The notes below the pieces were generated by a model, which saw only the letters and a list, made by a program, of their open reading frames with translations, had not been told where the DNA came from and made no database searches. DNA of 64,000 nucleotides from Pedosphaera sp. (lineage in GTDB: Bacteria; Verrucomicrobiota; Verrucomicrobiia; Limisphaerales; SIBH01), in assembly GCA_031414955.1 (NCBI GenBank), contig JANOQV010000308.1, positions 33,769 to 97,768 on the forward strand, in the 5' to 3' direction. The translations under genes were made by a program, and so were the position numbers. Within the stretch, counting starts at the first letter, position 1. Each line of letters begins with the position of its first letter. Shown here one piece after another: positions 18,283 to 26,338 of the stretch.

Positions 18283-19167
18283 TCACAGTTTTTCCGAGCC
18301 GTTAAATTTAGGCTGAACTTTCTCTTCCCAGATTTTCAACAAAGTTGGCTTTCTTTGCTCAAATTCCTTTCGTTTGACCCTGACTTCTTTGGCGGTGAGT
18401 CCGGAGACATCAACAAATGTTTCGAGAATCTCCGGCCATCGAAGGCCTCTTTCGGCGAGGTAATGCATCCCGAACGCGTACGCATCAGCCTCAAATTCCG
18501 GGTTGTTTTCCGCGCTAAAATAGACCGGCAAATTCTGGGTGTAATGCTTCAGCTCATGCAGAAGGCGCGAATCCCGGACCATGATCTCTTCATTATTCCT
18601 GGGCAGGATAAGGATGGCGTACTGTTTCTTGGACTGGTTGGTTCCATAAATCCTGGTCTGCAAACTGGCAAAAAAGTATTCCAAATCTCCATACGACAAC
18701 CGTTGTTTGCGCTGCTCGCGCGAGGCGGAGTTTATCCGGCTCAGAAGCTGGTCTTTGAGTTCCTCCAACTGTTCTCGATACAGATAAAAATAGGCGAACT
18801 TGTTCCGGGCGTTCTCTTCATTGGACAGAAGGCCCTGCATCAATTCCTCTGGAATCAGGAAAGTCTTGATGCGAGCCAGTTCCGAGAAGGACAACTTGAG
18901 TTCTCGCACCGCAAAAGCCTGAGCTTCTGGCGATAATTCTTCGCGTAGATTGATCGCCAAAACTTGGTTAAGAGTTTCATCAACGAATGACGGGCGGCCT
19001 TGGGGTAACGGGCCGGCCGCCATGACGGTTGCTGCCACCAGCGCTGCCTGAACACTCAACACCAAATAACGACGGCGTGAAAGCAGCGTGCCGCCAGCGA
19101 CTTTCTGGCGGTTAGGCGCGGGCATTGGAGGGCCGGCGGAACGTCGGCGGCACGTTTCACTGAACAT
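18283..19167 (-). CDS. Putative Tat-exported zinc metallopeptidase (HExxH...ExEAD gluzincin-like), AT-richer than neighbours
   Basis: LLSRRRYLVLSVQAALVAATVMA leader; LLHELKHYTQ and PEFEADAYA motifs; many A/T-ending codons; start at 19167 or 19125. Confidence 0.7.
   Translation of the reverse strand: MFSETCRRRSAGPPMPAPNRQKVAGGTLLSRRRYLVLSVQAALVAATVMAAGPLPQGRPSFVDETLNQVLAINLREELSPEAQAFAVRELKLSFSELARIKTFLIPEELMQGLLSNEENARNKFAYFYLYREQLEELKDQLLSRINSASREQRKQRLSYGDLEYFFASLQTRIYGTNQSKKQYAILILPRNNEEIMVRDSRLLHELKHYTQNLPVYFSAENNPEFEADAYAFGMHYLAERGLRWPEILETFVDVSGLTAKEVRVKRKEFEQRKPTLLKIWEEKVQPKFNGSEKL
19087..19154. repeat. REP-like doublet directly downstream of the DUF1553 stop
   Basis: CGTGCCGCCAGCGACTTTCTGGCGG ... 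CCGGCGGAACGTCGGCGGCACG with terminal inverted repeat CGTGCCGCC. Confidence 0.6.
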
Positions 19168-22100
19168 AGACAAACTCCGTGGAGTTGAGCAGCGCCCAGC
19201 AAAGGTGCGGAAGGCCGCGCGCCTTCGCCACCGCCACCCCGCGTTTCAATTCGTCGCGGGTCGCGTCACGACCGAGCGCATGGCGATAAGCGGCGCGGAT
19301 GGCCTCCGGCAGATTCTCATTTGCTGCAGCCAGCGTGCGTGCGGCCAGCCTGTCCGCCTGCCGTTGCACGAACGAATTATTCATCAGCGCCAAGGCCTGG
19401 AGCGGCGTGGTCGTCACGCCCCGCCGGGGAGTCTTCACGGAAGGATCGGGACAGTCGAACGCATCGAGCAGCGGTTCTTTGCCGGAGTTCACATTCATGC
19501 GATAGACGGTGCGGCGGTTGAACTCGGGGCCGATCTTGTCCACAGGCAGATACGCATTGGCAGGAAACTTCAGAACCTCGAACGGGCGGTAACTCGGGCC
19601 GCCAGCCTGCAAGTTGATCTCCCCGCTGACCATCAGCATCGCGTCGCGCAATGTCTCCGCCTCCAGGCGGCGCGGCGGAAAGCGCCAGAGAAGCTGATTG
19701 TCAGCATCGAGAACGGCGGCGCGGCGAAAAGTTTCAGGACGGGGAACGCTCCCCTGCCGATAGGCCGCTGAGTTGACGATCAAGCGGTGCAAGGCCTTGA
19801 CACTCCAGCCGTGGTCGATGAATTGCGTCGCGAGCCAGTCGAGTAACTCCGGGTGGCTGGGCGTGGCACCGCTTACGCCAAAGTCGTTGGGTGTCGAGAC
19901 GAGACCCTGGCCGAAATGGAGATGCCAGACGCGATTGACCATGACACGCGCCGGCAGCGGATTGCGCCGGTCACTCAGCCAATCGGCGAAGCGCACCCGG
20001 CGCTGCGCCTCCGGGGCATCGGCGGGCAGTCCGAAGTCAGGCTCCAGATCGACGATGACTGAAAGCGCGCCCGGGGTGACAATTTCATCCGGCGACTTCA
20101 CATCGCCGCGCTTGAGCCGGCGCGTCGGCGCGGGTTGGACGCGCGTGCCGACATAAGAAACAGGCAGGGGTGGAATCGCTTTCAACTCGCCCTTGGTCCG
20201 AGCGAGTTGAGCCAGCGCAGCTTCACGATGAAGCCGTTGCACTTCGGTCAGACTTGCGAGCATCTCCTCGCGCGACACCACGAATCCGCCCGAGCGAAAG
20301 GAAGCCTGAACCTCGGCAACGCTCAAAGCCCGGTCGAACAAGGACGCCTGTTTGATTTCACCCCGCAGATACGGTTTGCCACCGCCCTGGTGGCGCAGGC
20401 CCAACAGGACATGCGACTGGCCCGCCTTGTATGTCTGCAACGGCCCGCCGGGCGTGTAGGGCTGGCCGTATGGTTCACCATTACGAAAGACGGCCACGCT
20501 GTGGTCGGCACGATAAACGACGGCGACGTGCATCAACTCACCCGGCGACGCGTTCTCTTCCGGCGCGTCGAGATCCTTGGTGCGCTGGAAGCCGCTGCTC
20601 CCGGCGGTCCACTTCCGCGACTGGCGTTCACCGAACACGATGGCGTCGAACACGCTGCCATCCTTGTTCTCAATCGAGATGGCCGCGCCACCACCTTGCC
20701 TCAAGTCAGCCAACGTGACCCAGGCTTCGAGTGTTTTCTCGCGGAGGTCGCTTGGCAGGGGCGAGGTTTGGAAGAAATCGCCATCCTGAATCAGACGCAA
20801 CCGCCCATTGGTAACGCTCGCGCCGCCCTTGAGTTGGCCCGGCATCACGGCGTTGGTCGCACCGTCAAACTTCCAGCACACCATCGGCTGCGGCGCAGGA
20901 GCATTCGTGCCCAAATGCGGCTGGTGCCGGACGGCGGCGGTCTGGTAAGCCTCGGTTTCGATGCGCGCCACAGCCGACTCCGCTTCGGATTGTTCGCTCT
21001 TGAGCTTCGCCGTGCGGGCTTCCCGTTCCTTGAGTTCAGCGGGCGTGGCGAGAGAACGCTCGCCGTGTTTCACCCCCTCGAAGACCGACTTGATGCGGTA
21101 GTACTCCTCATGGGAAATCGGATCAAACTTGTGCGAGTGGCAGCGGGCGCAATTGATGGTGAGGCCGAGAAAGGTCTGACCCACCACGCTGATCAAATCC
21201 TCCAACTCCTCTTCGCGAGTGATGGCTTTCTGGGTCGCATTGGCCTGGCTGTTGCCCGCTTCGTCCCACGGACCGCAGACCAGGAGGCTCGCGCCGATGA
21301 TGGAATCCGCCGTCACCGATTCGACCGCATCGCCGGCAATTTGCTCGCGCATGAAACGGTTGTATGGTTTGTCCTCGTTGAAACTCTTGATGACGTAATC
21401 GCGGTAGTGCCAGGCACGGTCGCGAAGCTTGTCATACTCAAAGCCCTGGCTCTCGGTGTAGCGAGCCGCATCCAGCCAGTGCCGGCCCCAGCGCTCACCA
21501 TAACGGGGCGAGGCCAGCAATCGCTCCACCAGCCTCGCATAAGCGTCCGGCGACTTGTCCTCCGCGAACTGTTCGATCTCCGCCGGAGCCGGGGGCAACC
21601 CAACAAGATCAAACGTCAACCGACGGATGAGCGTGGCGCGGTCGGCAGGAGGCGCGAGCGCGAGACCATTGGTGAGCAGCCGGGCGTGGATGAACTGGTC
21701 GATACGGTTGGTGACGGATACGGCCAAACTGCGCAAGGGTTGCAAAGACCAATGCGAACTGCGCGCGGATTTAGCAACCCCATCAGGCCATTGCGCACCG
21801 TGATCAATCCAGGACCGCAATAAGCCAACCTGCTCGGCAGACAATCGTTCGCCCTTGGCCGGCATCACGTTTTCCGAATCGAGTCCGGCCACCAGGTGAA
21901 TCAGCCGGCTCTCGTGGCTCCGACCTGGCACGATGACGGCTCCGCCATCGCCGCCCTTGAGCGCGGCGGATTTCAGGTCCAGGCGCAATCCAGCTTTCTG
22001 CTTCTCGACCCCGTGGCAGGAATCGCAGTGCCGGGTGAAGAGGGGTTGAATGTCTCGGATGAAATCGGCTGGCCCAGAAGCAGGAGGCGGCAGCTTGGAA

Positions 22101-22204
22101 AGATCCGGGGGGGCGGCGGCCTCAAGCGAGGGCAGGAACCACAGGACACAGCCGAGCATCAATAGAATGTTCGTCTGCTTCCGCCATGGCCGCGCGCGAT
22201 TCAT
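19157..22204 (-). CDS. Planctomycete cytochrome c + DUF1549 + LamG-like + DUF1553 protein
   Basis: Signal peptide, CDSCH and CARCH, YGERWGRHWLD, PSHPELLDWLA, TPLQAL, central LamG-like segment. Confidence 0.93.
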   Translation of the reverse strand: MNRARPWRKQTNILLMLGCVLWFLPSLEAAAPPDLSKLPPPASGPADFIRDIQPLFTRHCDSCHGVEKQKAGLRLDLKSAALKGGDGGAVIVPGRSHESRLIHLVAGLDSENVMPAKGERLSAEQVGLLRSWIDHGAQWPDGVAKSARSSHWSLQPLRSLAVSVTNRIDQFIHARLLTNGLALAPPADRATLIRRLTFDLVGLPPAPAEIEQFAEDKSPDAYARLVERLLASPRYGERWGRHWLDAARYTESQGFEYDKLRDRAWHYRDYVIKSFNEDKPYNRFMREQIAGDAVESVTADSIIGASLLVCGPWDEAGNSQANATQKAITREEELEDLISVVGQTFLGLTINCARCHSHKFDPISHEEYYRIKSVFEGVKHGERSLATPAELKEREARTAKLKSEQSEAESAVARIETEAYQTAAVRHQPHLGTNAPAPQPMVCWKFDGATNAVMPGQLKGGASVTNGRLRLIQDGDFFQTSPLPSDLREKTLEAWVTLADLRQGGGAAISIENKDGSVFDAIVFGERQSRKWTAGSSGFQRTKDLDAPEENASPGELMHVAVVYRADHSVAVFRNGEPYGQPYTPGGPLQTYKAGQSHVLLGLRHQGGGKPYLRGEIKQASLFDRALSVAEVQASFRSGGFVVSREEMLASLTEVQRLHREAALAQLARTKGELKAIPPLPVSYVGTRVQPAPTRRLKRGDVKSPDEIVTPGALSVIVDLEPDFGLPADAPEAQRRVRFADWLSDRRNPLPARVMVNRVWHLHFGQGLVSTPNDFGVSGATPSHPELLDWLATQFIDHGWSVKALHRLIVNSAAYRQGSVPRPETFRRAAVLDADNQLLWRFPPRRLEAETLRDAMLMVSGEINLQAGGPSYRPFEVLKFPANAYLPVDKIGPEFNRRTVYRMNVNSGKEPLLDAFDCPDPSVKTPRRGVTTTPLQALALMNNSFVQRQADRLAARTLAAANENLPEAIRAAYRHALGRDATRDELKRGVAVAKARGLPHLCWALLNSTEFVYVQ

Positions 22205-22309
22205 CGAAGCTTCGCCCCTAGGATTGCGAGCAGAGTGGCAAACACCGGGCCGGGCGACAAGCGGTGATTGCCGCGCGACCAGGCCGGCGGGCCGGTCGAG
22301 GACGAGGGA

Positions 22310-22783
22310 TTACACCTTGGCCAGCCCCTGCGCGACGCGACGCTGAGTCTCGCGGTATCCGTGCAGGAACAAGTCATTGTCCGCCACCGCCTTCTGGATG
22401 AACTGAATGAGCAGCATCATTTCGGAACGGTTGACGACGAGGTGGACGCCGAGTTGGAAAGCCTGCAACGGATTGAAACTAGTGAACGACTCGCCCACGA
22501 GGATCAGGGTGGTATGCCGACGGAGATTCATCGGCGCCGTCTGGAGGAAATTCATGCTCCGGTTCTCCGGGGCGGTGTCGGCGGCGAAACACTCCTCAAG
22601 GATGACGACTTGATAAGGCACCTGGGTAAAGTTGCTGATGAAGTCACCGTGGGTCGCGGCGATGTGGACCTTGTAGCCCAGTTCGGTCAGCGCCGCGCGG
22701 GCCAGCTCCTGCCACTCCGGGGTGCTCAAGCCGAGCAGCGCGGGTTTGTCGGTGGTGGTGAGAAAATCAAAGTTGCCGGACAT
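22310..22783 (-). CDS. Hypothetical protein with receiver-like fold, co-transcribed with pilT/pilU
   Basis: Starts 3 nt after the pilU stop; beta/alpha pattern LTELGYKV..YQVVILEE; function not recognised. Confidence 0.7.
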   Translation of the reverse strand: MSGNFDFLTTTDKPALLGLSTPEWQELARAALTELGYKVHIAATHGDFISNFTQVPYQVVILEECFAADTAPENRSMNFLQTAPMNLRRHTTLILVGESFTSFNPLQAFQLGVHLVVNRSEMMLLIQFIQKAVADNDLFLHGYRETQRRVAQGLAKV

Positions 22784-22786
22784 AAT

Positions 22787-24001
22787 TTAACGCATCTTGA
22801 TGGTTTGCATGGGCGGAGGCGGAGGCGGCGCCATCGTGCGAGTGGAGGTTTCAATCTTCTCCGCCATTTTCAGCACGAACTCGGTGGTGTTCTCCCCGCG
22901 CTTCTTCTTGACGTTGTCGATGCCGCGCTGCACCTGGCCGCGCTTGCTGCAATAGAGAAGGGCGGTGTCTTCCGTGATGAGACCCTTCTCGTAGGCTTCG
23001 AGACAGGATTGATCAAAGCTGCGCCAGCCAAAGGTGCAGCTGGCTTCAATGATCTCATGGAAGCTTTTGCCCTCCCCTTCGCCGAAAACAATGCTCTCTT
23101 TGGTGCGCAAACTCGAACCCATGATCTCGAGCAAGGCGTGCCGCCCGCCGCCCACTTTCGGCGCGAGGCGCTGGCCGACAATCCACCGGAGCGTGTCGGC
23201 CAGGCGGTGCCGGACCTGCTCCTGCTCCTCGGTGTCGAACATGCCGAGAATACGGTTGATGGTCTGGCCCGCGTCAATCGTGTGCAGCGTGCTCATGACC
23301 AGATGGCCCGTCTCAGCCGCGTTCAGGGCAATCTCCACCGTGGCCCGGTCGCGCATCTCACCGACGAGAATAATCTTGGGCGCCTGGCGCAAGGCGGCGC
23401 GCAGGCCGCTGGAAAAGTTGTCGTAGTCGGAACCCAACTCGCGCTGGTTGATGGTGGCCATCTTCTGCGAATATACGAACTCGACCGGGTCTTCGAGCGT
23501 GACGATATGAACCGCCTTGGTGCCGTTGATCTCATCCAACACCGCCGCCAGCGTGGTCGATTTGCCGGAACCGGTGGCCCCGGTCACGAGTACCAGGCCG
23601 GTCTTCTCCTTGGCCGGCAGATGGAGAATCTCGGGCAACTGAAGCTCGGCCAAGGTGGCAATCTTGGTGTTCAACTTGCGCAGCACAATCGAGTAAAAGC
23701 CGCGCTGGGCAAAGATGTTCACGCGGAATCGGGCCCGGTCGATCACCGAATAGGAGGTGTCGCAGGAACCGGTGCGCAGCAAGTCATCCATCAGGCGGGG
23801 ATTGCCCCCGATAAGATTGAGGGCCAGCATTTCCGTCTGGAACGGGGTCAGCATTTCGACTGGCGGATCCAGCGGCACTGGCACCAACACGCCGTCGGAC
23901 TCCACCTGCGGCGGCTTGTCCACGGTAAAAATCAGATCGGACACATTGGCCCGAAAATCGAGCATGGTCCCCAGGATATAATCGAGTTCGTTGCGGCGCA
24001 T
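22787..24001 (-). CDS. pilU: PilT/PilU family type IV pilus retraction ATPase (PilU-like)
   Basis: TGATGSGKST, TLEDPVE, LRQAPKIILVGEMRD, AETGHLVMSTLH; lacks the AIRNLIRE motif. Confidence 0.8.
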   Translation of the reverse strand: MRRNELDYILGTMLDFRANVSDLIFTVDKPPQVESDGVLVPVPLDPPVEMLTPFQTEMLALNLIGGNPRLMDDLLRTGSCDTSYSVIDRARFRVNIFAQRGFYSIVLRKLNTKIATLAELQLPEILHLPAKEKTGLVLVTGATGSGKSTTLAAVLDEINGTKAVHIVTLEDPVEFVYSQKMATINQRELGSDYDNFSSGLRAALRQAPKIILVGEMRDRATVEIALNAAETGHLVMSTLHTIDAGQTINRILGMFDTEEQEQVRHRLADTLRWIVGQRLAPKVGGGRHALLEIMGSSLRTKESIVFGEGEGKSFHEIIEASCTFGWRSFDQSCLEAYEKGLITEDTALLYCSKRGQVQRGIDNVKKKRGENTTEFVLKMAEKIETSTRTMAPPPPPPMQTIKMR

Positions 24002-24003
24002 GA

Positions 24004-25107
24004 TTACAGGGCGGCCACTTCGTCATCGAGTGGCGGCGTTGCAAGGAAGGGACGGAACTTTTTCTTGTCGAGGCACTTGTCGTAGGCTTCTTCCGGCGAG
24101 ACACGCTTCATGCGCAAGTGGTCCATGATGGCGTCATCGAGCGGCACGTTGCCGATCTTCTTACCGACTTGAATCATGCCAGGAAGCTGATGGGTCTTGC
24201 CTTCGCGCACCAAGTTCGCGATGGCGGTGGTGAAGACGAGAATTTCCAGCGCGGCCACCCGGCCCTTCTTGTCCACGCGCTTGAAGAGGTTCTGGGCCAC
24301 CACGCCCTTCAAGGCCTCGGAAAGCGTGGCCCGAATCTTGTTCTGCTGATCGGCCGGAAACACGTCGATGATACGATCCACCGTCTTGGCCGCGCTCTGA
24401 GTGTGGAGCGTGCCGAAGACGAGATGCCCCGTGCTGGCCGCAGTGATGGCCAGTTCAATGGTTTCCAAATCGCGCAATTCGCCAACCAAAACAATGTCCG
24501 GATCTTCGCGCAACGCACCGCGCAACGCCGAAGCAAAGGAGCGCGTATGAATGCCGACCTCGCGGTGGTTCACCAGACAGCCCTTGCTCTCATGCACGAA
24601 CTCAATCGGATCCTCGATGGTCAGGATGTGGTCGCGCCGGTTCCGGTTCGCGTAGTCCACCATCGCGGCGAGGGTGGTCGATTTGCCGGAGCCAGTCGGC
24701 CCGGTCACGAGCACCAGCCCCTTGTGCAACATGCAGAACTTCTTCAGCACTGGTGGCAGGGGTGCCTCCAACTTTTCAAAGTCCTCGAAGGACAAAACCT
24801 TGGACGGAATCTGGCGGAACACCGCTCCGACGCCGTTCTTGTGGTTGTAAAAATTGGCCCGGAAGCGCGACACGCCCGGAATCTCATAGCCGAAATCCAC
24901 GTCACCAGTCTCTTCGAACTGTTTGATCTTGTACTCCGGCGTGATCTCGTAGAGCATCGCCTTGAGGGTGTCATTCTCGAGCGGCGGGAACTCGACCCGC
25001 TGCAACTCGCCGTTGATGCGCAGAATGGGTGGGTTACCGGACGAGAGGTGAACGTCCGAAGCTTTTTGCTCGAACATCAAATTGAAGAAAGCATCAATTT
25101 TCGCCAT
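24004..25107 (-). CDS. pilT: Type IV pilus retraction ATPase PilT
   Basis: MAKIDAFF start, TGPTGSGKST, TIEDPIE, LREDPDIVLVGE, AIANLVRE (AIRNLIRE-like). Confidence 0.93.
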   Translation of the reverse strand: MAKIDAFFNLMFEQKASDVHLSSGNPPILRINGELQRVEFPPLENDTLKAMLYEITPEYKIKQFEETGDVDFGYEIPGVSRFRANFYNHKNGVGAVFRQIPSKVLSFEDFEKLEAPLPPVLKKFCMLHKGLVLVTGPTGSGKSTTLAAMVDYANRNRRDHILTIEDPIEFVHESKGCLVNHREVGIHTRSFASALRGALREDPDIVLVGELRDLETIELAITAASTGHLVFGTLHTQSAAKTVDRIIDVFPADQQNKIRATLSEALKGVVAQNLFKRVDKKGRVAALEILVFTTAIANLVREGKTHQLPGMIQVGKKIGNVPLDDAIMDHLRMKRVSPEEAYDKCLDKKKFRPFLATPPLDDEVAAL

Positions 25108-25270
25108 ACAATCAGCTACAGCGGCACGATGCAGAAGGAACCTTAGCCGGGAAATGAAGAATGAGCATGAGGCATAAAGCAGGAGACGGGATGGAACGGG
25201 ACGGAGCGCCGAGCAGCGCGCAGCAAGAGTGCGCCGCCAACGGCCGATCCGCGCGAGGCTCGGCGTTCCG

Positions 25271-26338
25271 ATGAACTCGCTCGCTGCGCAACTCTGCGAC
25301 CACCTCCGGCGCAAAAATCCCCTGCCCTTCGCCGAGTTCATGCGCGCCGCGCTCTACGATCCGGTGCACGGCTACTACGCGCGGGCCGAGGGCCAGATTG
25401 GGAAGCACGGCGACTTCATGACCAGTGTCAGTGTCGGGTCGCTCTTTGGAAAACTGCTCGCCTTCCAGTTCGCCCGCTGGCTGGAGTTGGCGCGGGAGCC
25501 GGACTCGAGATTCCAAATCGTCGAGGTCGGCGCACATGATGGCCGGCTCGCGAGGGATATTCTGGAGGGTTTGGAGGAGCGTGATCCCGATCTGCTTCAA
25601 TCAGTCGAATACTGGATCGTCGAACCTGGGGAGGCGCGCCGATCGGCCCAGAAAGCACAGCTCGACCGCTTTCAAAATGTCCGCTGGTTTGCCCACCCTT
25701 CGCAGTTCGTGCGACCCGTGACGGGAATCATTTTCTCCAACGAGTTGCTTGATGCCATGCCGGTGCATCCATTTGCCTGGAATGCCGGCGCGCGGACTTG
25801 GGAAGAAATGGGGGTGACCTTGGTTGGCCAACGGTTCGCCTGGACCCGAATGTCGCGGCCCTCCACACCTCCCCCCGTTCTCCCCGCTGAACTGCTGGCC
25901 GTGTTGCCCGACGGATACCTGCTCGAACTTGCGCCGTTGTCCACGCAATGGTGGCGCGGCGCGGCGGCGGCCCTGGGCCGCGGCCATCTCATGACCATCG
26001 ACTATGGTGGCGAGATCGAAGAACTGCTCTCGCCGGCGCGCACCTCGGGCACCCTGCGCGCCTACTCCCGGCACCGCGTCGGCCCGGTTGTGCTGGCGAA
26101 TCCGGGTGAGCAGGACATCACGGCGCATGTGAACTTCACGGATATCCGAATGGCCGGCGAGTCAGCGGGCCTGCGCACGCTGACCTTCACCACTCAAAGC
26201 CAGTTTCTCACGGCCATCGCACGCGAGCTTTGGACGCGCACCGGCTCATGGCCGCAAGAACAGGTGCGGCAGTTTCAGACCCTCACTCACCCCGAGCATC
26301 TGGGGCGGCCATTTCGCGTGCTGGTTCAGACGCGATGA
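25271..26338 (+). CDS. MidA/NDUFAF7 family SAM-dependent methyltransferase
   Basis: FMRAALY.P..GYY, GDFMTS, EVGAHDG, SNELLDAMP, IDYG, PGEQDITAHVNF. Confidence 0.92.
   Translation: MNSLAAQLCDHLRRKNPLPFAEFMRAALYDPVHGYYARAEGQIGKHGDFMTSVSVGSLFGKLLAFQFARWLELAREPDSRFQIVEVGAHDGRLARDILEGLEERDPDLLQSVEYWIVEPGEARRSAQKAQLDRFQNVRWFAHPSQFVRPVTGIIFSNELLDAMPVHPFAWNAGARTWEEMGVTLVGQRFAWTRMSRPSTPPPVLPAELLAVLPDGYLLELAPLSTQWWRGAAAALGRGHLMTIDYGGEIEELLSPARTSGTLRAYSRHRVGPVVLANPGEQDITAHVNFTDIRMAGESAGLRTLTFTTQSQFLTAIARELWTRTGSWPQEQVRQFQTLTHPEHLGRPFRVLVQTR

Noticed and set aside
18220..18936. Plus-strand 238-aa ORF in the AT-richer insert
   Set aside because: Antisense to the ORF that carries the Tat leader and HExxH motif and follows operon orientation
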